A stretch of DNA of 63,359 nucleotides, counting the filler, from Phoronis australis (taxonomy: Eukaryota > Animalia > Phoronida), in NCBI GenBank assembly GCA_002633005.1. It is 5 parts of 5 records of this genome, joined end to end, with 100 filler letters (N's around TTAATTAATTAA, not from the genome) between each part and the next. Parts side by side here need not be neighbours in the genome. Positions count along the whole stretch, not along the records: positions 10,216 to 26,740 come from NMRA01001053.1; 4 more parts are not named here. The stretch is one strand, 5' to 3'. Below, piece after piece: positions 13,850-25,042 of this stretch; within the stretch, counting starts at the first letter, position 1, and every line of letters starts with the position of its first letter. Both the position numbers and the translations under genes were made by a program. A model generated the notes under the pieces. It worked only from the letters and a program-made list of their open reading frames with translations. It was not told the DNA's origin and did not search any database.

Positions 13850-13902
13850 TTGATTATGATAAATCTGGCCTTAAAACGTTTGTGTAATTATTGAAAATCA
13901 AC

Positions 13903-14028
13903 ATACCGAGAGTGGATGAAGTGATATCCCCGAAACATTATTCCTCATATTGACCGAGACCGAGGTTCGAGGTCGACACGCGGAATAATGTCGAGTGGGA
14001 TAATACTTCATCTACGCCAATCGAGGTA
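13903..14028. repeat. Long imperfect palindrome, probably a transposon end
   Basis: gtggatgaagt/acttcatctac, atccc/gggat, acattattcc/ggaataatgt and tgacc/ggtcg pair symmetrically. Confidence 0.65.
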
Positions 14029-14976
14029 AGTTTTGTATACATCCCGTACGCTTCAACTTCCTAAGTTCCTTTTTAGGTACATGTAGTTTTCTCTAGTACA
14101 AAGGAGTTTTAAGTGTAACTTGAAAAGATGAAAACAACGGTAATTGTGCAATGAGCTTGGAACATTTCCTGGAAAATAGTTAAGTAAGAACAAAAAATAC
14201 TTGACATTGTAGTTACCGAGGAATCGGCGCTTGGGTTGCAGACAATTTAATATTTAGCGACTGAGACAAAAGTGTCATATAATTAACAGTTTTGTATCAA
14301 ATGTTACGTTTGGGACATGGTAGCATAATGAATATTACTTATATTGTTGTAATTTTATTACTTTAAACAATTTTAAAAGTTTGATGATCGAATAGCGTAA
14401 CGAAATCGAGTCGACATTGATATGCGTGTGCGTGTGCGTGTGCGGGTGCGTGTGCAACAATGGGCATAATTACTTAAAACACGAGAAACTGCATAAGGGG
14501 GTTTGGAAAGAAATACCGAAGGTTTCGTTATCACATGGGACTGTTTTTACCTCACCAAGTGACCCGTCTTGACAAATCATCATGGAGCCTGTTCGCAAAC
14601 AAAAATATTACCTGTTTTTGAGCACAAGATTTAGCTCTTATTTGAGCAAGAATAAGTCTCATAACTAGAAGTTGATTTTTTAAGCTGGGCAATTTGATAG
14701 CTGTACATGTTTACGAAAGAAAGAAAAGAATACACCTAAGACACACCATGTTAAAAATCCTCCGTTTCTACAAAACGTATCATTTGAGATATTGACTCAC
14801 GAATGTATTTCATGTCAAGAGACTTAATTTGCATCAAAAATTATAGACTATATTCTATGATCTGCATTAACAACAGAGGAGTGTTTAATCTACATGTATG
14901 ATTTGGAATCATAGATTAAACACTCCTCTATCACTTGTATAGCGGAGATGCATCGCTTTTAGTGCATAAAAAAAAT

Positions 14977-15015
14977 ATATATATATATCTGTGACGTGTC
15001 ATTCGTTAAAGACTG

Positions 15016-15082
<67 letters not shown>

Positions 15083-15107
15083 ACGTGTCATTCGTTAAAG
15101 ACTGTTA
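14977..15107. repeat. (TA)n microsatellite with a duplicated ~29-bp flank
   Basis: tgtgacgtgtcattcgttaaagactgtta occurs on both sides of the long TA run. Confidence 0.9.
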
Positions 15108-15909
15108 AGTCCTTTTGACAATGATTTTGGACAAGAACTATTTTTTTGAAAACGAGATAGCACAGCACTTAAATTTGTACAAAAATTAATTTGCTGCTGG
15201 AGCATCCCAGCCATAAATTTAAATACTATGCAGTTTCACCAAGATCTGTCAAGTGGCTTTGAAAAATAATTGACAGACGATGAAAATACTGTGGATGCAG
15301 AAATATGCTGTTGTAGTGTCCAAATTATAATCACTTAAGTGAGCTTAAATTGCGTAGACAAATTATCCAGTGCTAGTCCATGATTTGTTAACATGATCAA
15401 CACCTTGCAGTGACTGCGTCTCCTCAAACAATATGTTTTAGAGGTGTTCATTACTTATCTTATAATATAGATTTCTGACTAACGACAGCCAGGTTGTTGA
15501 CTGCGGGGATCACAAGAAATAATTCAAACAAGTAATAGCAAATAAATGAAACAACAACAAATAAACATAAATAAAATTGACAAAAAATAAATTACAAAGT
15601 ATACATGTAGATAAAAACAAATATGTGATAATATAATAGTAATAAAATCAGTAAATAAATAGTAATAGTATATATAATTATATTTTAGATCAGAATGCAT
15701 TAAGAGAGCAAAGAAGAAATGAAAGAAAGTAGTAAGAAGCACCAATGGGCATCTAATAAACTAATCAATAGTTCCCAAAATCATGCAAACCATTTACGAT
15801 ATAAGCGATCAAATGCATGAAACAGCAAAGATCAAATCACCCAGCCTATCACTGGTTGACTGGCAACAGTTTCACGCAAAAACATCCTTTGTTTCAATCG
15901 TGAACATCA

Positions 15910-16040
15910 TCTATTTGAATCAGTGTGGAAGCGAAAAAAATCATCAGTCACAAATTATCAATTAACTGTTGTTGCAGCCGTAAGCAGTGCAAAATGCACC
16001 GTTGCTTTTCTACCGACTGGAGCCGTCTTATCTTGCCATA
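15910..16040 (-). pseudogene. Possible decayed THAP-domain N-terminal half (transposon-derived)
   Basis: Minus strand reads MAR*DGSSR*KSNGAFCTAYGCNNS*, then FFRFHTDSNR, resembling THAP CxxxxC..FxxFP. Confidence 0.4.
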
Positions 16041-17844
16041 TTTGTTTATTGCACACACGCCGGCCAGATGTCTCAACGGTCGATGAAACAACAATGGCCG
16101 CCAGTGGCCGTCTAAAGAGATTTCGCTAGAAGATTTGTCTCCCTTTCTACCATCTCTGGTTTGTGTAGTAATATACATGTACATGATAAACTTACACGCA
16201 CCGAATGAGCATACTCAAAGTGCCTTAAAACACACATTGTCGGACAATAGCGTAATGTTGGGAACTGCGGTGGCTTGATGATTTTTACTTCATGGATATT
16301 TTGAAAACAAATGACCTCACAATCCAAGAAAGACTTCCGAGATCGGCGACGTGATTTACAGTGGCGCAGTCGATACTTGAGAAATGAGAGAGAACGTGGC
16401 CTATCTCGATGAACTAAGAGCTACTTTAGCAAAAAAAAAATTCTTTAACAAAATTTGAAAGTTCTTTACCATATTGCGAATTAATGACTGGTTCTTGACA
16501 CTGGTTCATAATTCTATAACATGTAATACAAAGTAAAGTCACGTCCGAAAATACCGCATGTAGTAACAGTGTTCGTGGAGAGATAATCAGACCAGATTAT
16601 CAGTAAGATAGTAGAGGGTGTTGGCTTACGAAGTAATAGTACTATATACAGTGTACATGTACATGCACCAAATGAACAGAGCTAGGTGTATGCATGGCTA
16701 AATGTACTACTACTGTAATTGACAATCGTAACTACGACGACAGATTCCAATATGAATATCCCCTTAAAAAGGGTGACAACAGTTTGATTTTCCATAATTT
16801 TGCGACCACGTCAAACGAAAACAACTTCCACCAAAGCATTCCAAAGCAGTAAGATTTTTTGTCTCTTAATACAAGCTTTTGTGTCGGCTCTACAACTGTG
16901 CTAAAAATACAAAACGTGTAACTTTTAAAAGCAAATTTCTCAAATATAAATATACTGACAGAATACTTGACCGGCCAAGCCCGGGCAAGGAGATTGAGAA
17001 AGTTTCTACAAACCAATAACTAATAAAGTCGGCATTTATTTAACAGAATAGTTCTATGCTCAAGCCTCAAACTCACAGTTAAGTGCGATCAACAACCTCA
17101 CACGTCCAAGGTCGCCACCAGACAGCAAACCGCGTGACAGTCACGCAAAATGCGTGACTTTCAATGAATGTGTTACTTTTACGCAAAATGTGTGACGTTC
17201 AGGCAAAATGTGTGACCTTCAAGTACAGATGAGTGTCTATTATCCTATGCTCGAGTAGATAATGATTTACGTGAATAATTTATTAGTCCTTGTTTGCAGT
17301 TAAGGATATCTCCATCTTTATTCACTGACAAAAATTTCCATTTTTACAATATTTCTCTTGTGTCTAGCAAAATGCCTTATCTTCATTCTCGGGGAACTTC
17401 AAATAGAAAATATATACCGCCTAGGGAGAAAATAAAAAAGATTTAGCAGAACCACCTTGATACCGCACAACCTCGTGGATATCTGTTTACTACTTATCCA
17501 AGGTCAAAGGTTAAAGCGATATAACGCGGAATTCTGAGTGTTCTATAACTTTTATTCATTTTTTCAGTTTCAATACAATATTTATACACCATTTCTTTGA
17601 TACATTTGACAATTATTAAGCTTTACTTATTGAGTTCCTCATCTCCCGAAAATGTCTTAAGAAATTTGTAACAGCTTTTCACATCAAAGAACCCCTGTTC
17701 TCTCTTGCTCATTTAGTATTGACATAGAACCCATTGCTGTGTAGGCCTACGCTGATGTCAAAACTTTGATAGGCCTACTGTATCTTTGTATTTTACCGGA
17801 ATGTATCATGTAAGTTGACATTTGGCGCGTGACAATACATGTGC

Positions 17845-18792
17845 ATAGACTCTATTCACGCGGCAGACATTAAAATCCAAAGCGAGGCTCACTGCGATAA
17901 ACAAAGCGAAAGTAGACATTGCGTGAGTTAAATAGCCGGTCTTTCGAGTCCAACCTGGATATTGAATTTTAATAATGTGTCAACAATTAAACCACANNNN
18001 NNNNNNNNNNNNNNNNNNNNNNNNNNNNNNNNNNNNNNNNNNNNNNNNNNNNNNNNNNNNNNNNNNNNNNNNNNNNNNNNNNNNNNNNNNNNNNNNNNNN
18101 NNNNNNNNNNNNNNNNNNNNNNNNNNNNNNNNNNNNNNNNNNNNNNNNNNNNNNNNNNNNNNNNNNNNNNNNNNNNNNNNNNNNNNNNNNNNNNNNNNNN
18201 NNNNNNNNNNNNNNNNNNNNNNNNNNNNNNNNNNNNNNNNNNNNNNNNNNNNNNNNNNNNNNNNNNNNNNNNNNNNNNNNNNNNNNNNNNNNNNNNNNNN
18301 NNNNNNNNNNNNNNNNNNNNNNNNNNNNNNNNNNNNNNNNNNNNNNNNNNNNNNNNNNNNNNNNNNNCCCCAAGACCCCCTGGTTGCGCACGTGTGCTAG
18401 TCAGCAATTCGCACCCGAACTCAAAAATGGGATCTGATACAATTTTAGCCCCCCCCCCCTAAATCCGTTGTCATGAAAATACAACCTGGCTGGCCCATTC
18501 TCCGGTCGTTACTATGATGCTTGACAACTGACCGAGACGCGACAAAATATGATCTAACTTTTCGAAAACATTTATTTTACAGGGACATATTTTGCTTCGT
18601 CGGCGTATGGCAACGACCCAACGCTTCCGAATCTAAACGTCTTTAGAGATTGTGAAGCGTGTCCGTATTTTTTCTAGCCGTTCGGGGAACAACACTGACT
18701 GAAACACAGACTCCTATGCCGATAACCTAACAGAGCTATCGTAGCGAGCCTCGTTTTGGAACGCGCCTCCTGTCGGCGTGAATAGGGTCTAT
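17845..18792. mobile_element. Non-autonomous TIR element (ATAGACYCTATTCACGC termini) spanning a gap, with nested MITE fragments
   Basis: atagactctattcacgc..gcgaggctc at 17845 is inverted relative to gagcctcg..gcgtgaatagggtctat ending at 18792; ~310 bp of the right arm recurs inverted at 51040-51355. Confidence 0.7.
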
Positions 18793-19559
18793 GCATTCAG
18801 AGTTCAGCAGTGAACGGGATGTGACGTTTACTTAGAAATCGACAAACAAAATCTGGAATACCATTCGCGGATTGAGGAATTACAGATGACTAAACTATGA
18901 CGTGAAATGTACCTGACAGGGAAGCAAACTGTTTTTAACTTTCCTCGCCTCCTCGTCTTTTGGAAACCTTACAAACCGTAGGCACACCTACTGAAATAAA
19001 GGCAGCACACACTTCTCACACGACTTTTCCCACAACTGCTTTCAACACTTGTAATGACTCGCCGACAAGGGATTACAATGCGTCTGTTGCCAGGAATCGT
19101 AGTCTAAGGAGTTTATGAATTGGCGGCGATGACACGCAGTGATACGGCGGGTTAATAAGGAGAAGAATAAGAAGGTTTAAAATGAAAATTATTTTCTCTG
19201 AACTGAAAATGAAGCGCTGAAATATGATGAGAGTACTTAATTTGCTGTGTCTGTCGGTGGCCTTTCGATATTTTGTTCTCTCGCTCGTATTTATTTTCGA
19301 GTACGATTCCAAACACACTGCCAGACAAAACTTGAAATTTGGAGCATATACTCGGAATTTTACTCATAATTTTACTCGAAATATAGATTAGATACACTTG
19401 AGTTCGAGTATTCTCGAAAATTGAGTACATGCTCGAAATTTCGAGAACATATTTTTCGAGTATGACATTGAATACACCAAAGCTGAGTCTGTACTCGAGT
19501 TGAGAATGAAGTTTGAGTTTGAGTAATATGATTCGAGTCTGAGTACGGAGATTGGAGAC

Positions 19560-19626
19560 CGGGCCCAGGATTCGAACTCGGGTCTCCCAAACAGGAGTCC
19601 CGACCTTAAACCACTGAGCCACACAG
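19560..19626 (-). mobile_element. tRNA-derived (SINE-like) Pol III cassette
   Basis: Minus strand: A box TGGCTCAGTGG and B box GAGTTCGAATCC at tRNA-like spacing; no intact cloverleaf seen. Confidence 0.65.
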
Positions 19627-19635
19627 TTCATTACT

Positions 19636-20460
19636 CTGATTGTCTGCTAATGAGTCGTAACAAACATGAATAATTTATTGTATTTGTGTCTATTTAGTAA
19701 CCATTTAAATAGTGTGCAAAAGCGGTCTAGTTCTTGATACTTTGACTTCATTGCTCGTATCCAAACCATGCGCGCACCACCGATTTCCCGACGTTGTGGA
19801 CCATTTGCTAACAAAAGGGCGGGTGGACTAAAAAAAATACGTGAGAACCTCTGTGAATTGCGCGTTTTCGCTTATTTATTGGGCATTTGTACCAATTTTT
19901 CGGACTTTTTGTCTCTCGGGGGCGGACCTTTTTGCCCACTTTGCCATTTGGGGGGCTCGTTCGAGCCCCCCAAGCCCCCCTGGGTGCGCTCATGCAATCA
20001 CGTTATTCTTGAATCTAACTAACGACGCATTCTCAACTATGGACATCTGGGGTACGGGTCAGGGCTGCGGCGACTTTGCTCACTGATTTTGGGAAGACTG
20101 GCAGGTACAGGATAGCCTGCTTGCAACATTTAATCTCGACCCGCCGTGGGCGTTGCTCTGGTGGGTGAGGTTCAGGCGCAGCGGCCCTAAACTTTTCAGT
20201 CGCGCTGATGCGACCTTAACATGGATTTGATGAATATACCGTGATTGATAATTCATCAATATTCCCACTCCATATTTTTAAAATGCAATAACGTTCTCCT
20301 TTTTCCGTGTCATTCGTGCGACATGAGGGCAATTTCGCATGCGCATGAAATCCAAACAAAGCGTTTTAGTACCCGGGCGTTGTTTTGGGTTTAGTTACAC
20401 CGTTCACTATATGTAGCATTAGCTTTTGCATGTAAAAGTGTAAAACTTATTCATGAGAAA
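19636..20460. mobile_element. Dispersed repeat with a second copy at ~58500-59115; carries a family A MITE at 19767-19994
   Basis: Shared blocks tctgattgtctgctaat, cttgaatctaactaac, ggcgcagcggccctaaacttttcagtc and ttcgcatgcgcat; the MITE (TSD caaac/caatc) is absent from the 58.5-kb copy. Confidence 0.75.
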
Positions 20461-21540
20461 GTTAGATCTTTTCATAGTAGTGAACCTTCGAAGTAGTGAA
20501 CCTTCGGAATGGCGAACCGAATGGTGAGTAGTCTTGTGGGCCGTTTCCATTTCTAACGTCGTAAGAAATTTAAGTCAAACGCAAAAATATATCTGACTAG
20601 ATAAAAGATTTCGTCAAGTTATTCTCCGACTAAATATTTTTGTCCGAGTAGGTGTGATCACTCATTTAAGCATGCCTGATTTGAAAATTTGGCAGGAAGT
20701 AACGCGAGAACGTTTTGGACCACATTACATCCAAATTGAGTCTCCTGCGTTCTTTGCGAGCAATCGTCACATTATCCTCATCTCTGTCTCTGGTATTACT
20801 AATTCCGTCTCATCTCAAAAACATAGAGCCGAGAGTCATTGTTGTGCATTCAAATTTCCTTACCCCTGATTAAGCTGCATCAACTGAGGGCCTTAATGAA
20901 AATTCCACAGTGTCGACGTTTGCAAAATATCAAAGGTCCACAGTTCAAGAAATTCGAACCACCCCCTGCGCAATGCTGGCTACGGCCTGCTTAATCTATT
21001 ATGAAATAAGTTTGAGATGGTGCAACACGTTAAGACTACCGTCCCAGAGCTACCCAGAACTAACAGGCAAGAACAATATTCCGAGCACTATTGAGCTTGT
21101 CAAGACTTTAGGTCAACATTCCGAGGGCCAGAACTCACTGTAGTGTACATCAGAAAAACTGCTTGGGATGTAAAATAGAGTCAAGCTCAACAATGAAAGT
21201 AATGAAACGTATGCGCGGCATTGTGGGGAAAAAGCTGGAACCACAGCTTTTGTCCCCTACCATCTGTTACGCACACAATGGCGCTGTGGTATTTCGGGAT
21301 ACACCCTTCTAATCACAGTCTTCTTTAACTCGATAAAAATGCTTAATCATCGAAAACGCCACTCAAAGTCAAGTAAATTGAAAATTTGTAATGATCACCG
21401 ATAAGCTGAGACGTGTACATGGGATCACGTCTCTCAAACACTTGATTACAGTTCTGCACTCATTTGTCACGATGTGTGAGGGAGTGTTTCACGGAAACCT
21501 CATGTGACAGAATTACTTTAGAAGAACACTCGCAAACTCG

Positions 21541-21655
21541 TGACGTAATAGCAAGACCGAGGCATCACGAGACTGCGAGATTCGATCGAGTACGGGTGAA
21601 TGGTTGGGTATAAATGTTGCGGGACGTTGATCACTGATTCATCCCAAGTCAGTGA
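21541..21655 (+). promoter_or_regulatory. Putative Pol II promoter of the neuropeptide precursor gene
   Basis: CRE/ATF-like TGACGTAA at 21541-21548, TATAAA at 21609-21614, Inr-like TCA at 21639 and TCAGT at 21649, ATG at 21704. Confidence 0.65.
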
Positions 21656-21703
21656 TTTGTTCTCGTGCACTGAGCAGATTCACTTCGTCAGGTAATTCCA
21701 AGA

Positions 21704-21746
21704 ATGGTGTATCTGGTTAGAAATTTCAGCCTCAAGGCATTGGTAG
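21704..21746 (+). CDS. Neuropeptide precursor, coding exon 1 (MVYLVRNFSLKALV + 1 nt; start of signal peptide)
   Basis: ATG 95 nt after the TATA box; ends at a consensus donor G|GTAAGT; phase 1 matches the acceptor at 24249. Confidence 0.8.
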
Positions 21747-22758
21747 GTAAGTATACCATTTCGTTTAGTCTTTTTACTTGTTTAGTAGAGAAAAAGTTTC
21801 GTTAAACTTTATTATTCATGTGTAACGGTGCATGGCAAATCTCTTTGAAAACAATCGATACGACATAGACGCGTATCAACAAAATCGTTGTTAAATTTTC
21901 CAACAAACACTAGTAAAATGTGTTTCAAACTGATATAACACTATTCCATTAATATCCCGAAAATAGTAGCATTGAGCAGTGTCAAATGTTTCATATTTCA
22001 TATTGTTTTGACAATACTATAACACTAACTACTATCACAACAACATGCAAACAAAATCAACAACAACAGCGATTCCCTAAACATAACTACTGTATAATCG
22101 AAAATAATGCGATAATGATAATAAAAATCATTATTTCAATAATTATGATCATAATAATACTGACGGTGAGGAAAATGATAACAATGTTATAAACAATAAT
22201 AATATGAATGGTATCAGTGTTACATGTAGCTTGTTAGGGTCAAAATTGAAATCCAGGAAACAGCAATGAAAGGAAAATTCGTTAACAAAATGCCACGTGT
22301 GTATTGTAAATATTTCCTGAATAGAGGCCTGCCTTTGCATTGTTTTATGTGTTGTGGGTAGATTTCAACGGAGTTTTGATGACGTTCACTAAAATGCGTT
22401 TGACAGACTTCTTGAAGCTATCACAAATTCTTATCACTAAAGCAATGTACATTGTATGAACGAACCACGCGATATCTTTATAGCAACGTGAACGAAAAAA
22501 GGAGCAATGAAATGTGAAACGGTGGAGATTTGCTTAAAAAGAATTGTTTAAATATAAATGTTAAAAATTCCAGCTAAACGGATATCATTAAGTGACGATT
22601 GTTAAAAAGCCTTAGATTTCCACAAAAATCAACTCTTAATTGACTCCTGGTAAAGCAATAAATCCTTATCTTTTTCAGGTATATAGAGGTAGATTCTTGT
22701 TTTTCGTTTTTCCATTTACAGATATCTTGTGAGGCTAGAGATTGACTTAAATATCCAG

Positions 22759-23010
22759 GGGCCCGTTCCAAGAAACTGACTTAAGTTCATTTTTTACTTA
22801 AGTCTAAGATTTTTCTGAACTTCCATACTTTGAAACTTTCACATCCGGTAAGAGAGTTAAAATTAAGATAAAAAAATTATCAAAAACGTAATTCAAACTT
22901 TTAAAAGATCTCTTTCGTAAAACGGTATCGAGACAAATTTAAGTCTGATCTTAAAATTTACTAAAATTTAAGATTTGTCTTGGCTAAGTGAGTTCTGTTG
23001 GAACGGGCTC
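22759..23010. mobile_element. PIF/Harbinger-like MITE inside the neuropeptide gene intron
   Basis: TIRs gggcccgttccaa / ttggaacgggctc; CAG duplicated on both sides (22756-22758, 23011-23013). Confidence 0.8.
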
Positions 23011-23159
23011 CAGGTCTTCAAGCAGCAAAACGTCTGAACTCTAAATGAAATAAAATAATTATCATTGATGTGCTTAATGAAAATGGGAATTGTTGTATAT
23101 GATTGTCTCATTTGAAAAAAAATTGAGTGAACTACTTGAATGAATTGAAAAATCTGCTT

Positions 23160-23745
23160 CTTTTCACGTTTAGTGTTCAGTGTACCTTATAACGTAGGAC
23201 ATACATGTACATGTAGCTTTACCGAAAGCCTGAATAATGTTCAATGGCTGGCGCGTAAATCGTAACGTAATTATTCTGACAACTGTCGGTCTATACTGAC
23301 ATTATCGCTTTTAAGGTCGAAAAACACACTTTTGCGAGTACGTTTGGGTGGGAGAGAATTTTGGAAGTCAGTACCTTTGACCATAGCCATAAACCTGTGT
23401 TTATGTGACTTGTTACAGATCTTGTATTCGCGCTGTTGTCTGCGTCTTTTCACGTTTACTGTTCGTAGAGCTATATAATACATGTAGGTCTTATTTGAGC
23501 TTAACCGAAAACTCTGAATACTGTTCAATGGCTGTGTAAAACGTAACGTATCCAGCCTACTGTCTGCTTTTACCCAAATTTAACTTAATAAGTGGACATT
23601 ATCGTTTTACGGTTGAAAAACACAACTGGGATCACATTTGAATGGGGTAGATTTTTTTAAGTTATTAGCTTTAACCATAGCCATCAACAATAAAATCCGC
23701 GGTGCTTTCGTGGTTTATTACAAATCGCAAATTCGCGCCGTTGTC
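23160..23745. repeat. Diverged intronic tandem duplication, unit ~290 bp
   Basis: ttttcacgttta, tgttcaatggctg, gacattatcg and accatagccat each occur twice in register. Confidence 0.7.
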
Positions 23746-24249
23746 GATCATTTGCGGAAAGCAAGAGGATGACTTAACCAGTTACAGTCATTACGCTAAA
23801 CATACGCCACCTACAGTGAGTGAGATTTACACTGTACATGTAGCTCAGCCAAAATAAGCCAGTAGAGCGCTTTGTTGCGATGGGAGCGTATCAGGTTTGA
23901 TTACGCTCAAGGGCTGATGGGAGAAAACGATTTCACACCAATAACGTTACTTCAAAAGGCAAATACACGACTGACACACTTCAGACAAAAAATACCTTTT
24001 CAAGAGTCCCATGTTATGTAATGTCAACAAGAGAAAATGTCGGCATGCAATACCGCATACTTGTGATAAGAATACAACCCAAAAATATGAATACGGATTA
24101 AAATATAGAAATAATGGGATTAGGAAAACTGAACACAAGCAGAATTCACAAAGACCTTGAAATGTTTTGCACTGATGCAAAGAGATAGCGTCAACATGTA
24201 CATGTACATATGTGCTAAGACTTTATGATGAAATTTTATTTTGTTTCAG

Positions 24250-24560
24250 TTTTCGCCGTAGTAGCACTGGCGTCCAGTGAAGAAAAGGCAAGTAGTCGTA
24301 CTACTCGTGACACTTCATTTGAGAGATTCAATCGAGCAGCAGGCCGGGTGAGACTACCGATAAAAGGTCTACGACTCGGAAAGAGGGAGGGTTTGAACCT
24401 TCCTATGGCAAACTACGTCGAAGACCGCTTTGAATATGTTTTCCCCGAGTCGGAGACCAAGAATGAATACGAACGGCGAATGATAGCGAAACACCCGAGA
24501 TTTGGACGCGAACTGGAAGCTGGGCTTGGCGAATCAACGATTATCGAAGACCTTTATTAG
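24250..24560 (+). CDS. Neuropeptide precursor, coding exon 2 (117-aa prepropeptide in total)
   Basis: Acceptor ttttattttgtttcAG|. Spliced protein: MVYLVRNFSLKALVVFAVVALASSEEKASSRTTRDTSFERFNRAAGRVRLPIKGLRLGKREGLNLPMANYVEDRFEYVFPESETKNEYERRMIAKHPRFGRELEAGLGESTIIEDLY*. It shows a signal peptide, RxxR/KR/RR convertase sites, two Gly amidation donors and acidic spacers. Confidence 0.85.
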
Positions 24561-24635
24561 GTTCATAAAAACTTCACTTTTTCCCCGACAATGCACAGAG
24601 AGACGACATTCCGACGCTAAGGAAACAACATTCAG

Positions 24636-25042
24636 AAAGGAGAATCCCACCATAAAACAACGTATTTCGTATCCATTAAGATCGAGAAGTTCCACTCGAT
24701 AACAGCCTGTTCAGTTCTTTTACCTGACATGAAACAGTAGACGTACATGTAGGTGCTGAAGTTAACCAATGTCGCCACAGGTTCTAACAGTCTGCTCAGC
24801 AGTTCACGAGACGCTTACTGGTGTCAGCTTATCGCTTGGATTCATCGTTTTACATCAATAAATCGTCAAAATTCGATGTAAACATCTTACAAATACATTG
24901 AGTTTTTAGACAAATGAGTCGTTTTATTTCCCTGTAACGGATTTATAGCAATTTTGAGCGTTGGGTCCCATACAAAGTTCGCCGGGGTAGGCCAACTTAC
25001 CGAAGTCGGTCGCGGAAGCTTGGAGTCTTTTGGTGATAAATT
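24636..25042. mobile_element. Old Kolobok-like DNA transposon fragment forming the putative 3' UTR; sibling at 46198-46565
   Basis: aaaggagaat(c/g)ccacc..actcgataa..cagcagttcac..tatcgcttg.attcatcgttt..caataaatc is collinear with the sibling, which begins TTAA-AGGAGAATGCCACC. AATAAA at 24857-24862. Confidence 0.65.

Larger units (their letters stand above)
11325..13888 (+). pseudogene. Degenerate Penelope-like retroelement (PLE) ORF: N-terminal region and RT, interrupted by a MITE and a solo LTR
   Basis: Frame pieces: FNDLLFQLSPDER..GLLPKYT; LEKLYHDIE; QLRDNDDIVIRKS; YGNPKAHKPGYPRKPIISQMLTPTCQIAETLHKFIKQYLP; SLGVESLFIN; LLLLCTTKVPFNNIDGKLYLQSNGV..FAEFYV..YLRYMYLDD; KFTHELQ..PFLDIVID|YDKSGLKTFV. 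These are PLE RT motifs with many disabling mutations. Confidence 0.88.

Noticed and set aside
17928-18462. Long X-filled ORFs (also 33735-34313 and 51457-51882)
   Set aside because: Open only because they run through N gaps.
19560-19626. Functional tRNA gene
   Set aside because: A and B boxes are present but no proper acceptor or anticodon stems; treated as SINE-like.
24225-24249. ORF-track start MMKFYFVS for the neuropeptide
   Set aside because: It is the intron polypyrimidine tract and acceptor; the upstream exon with TATA and consensus donor gives a better model.
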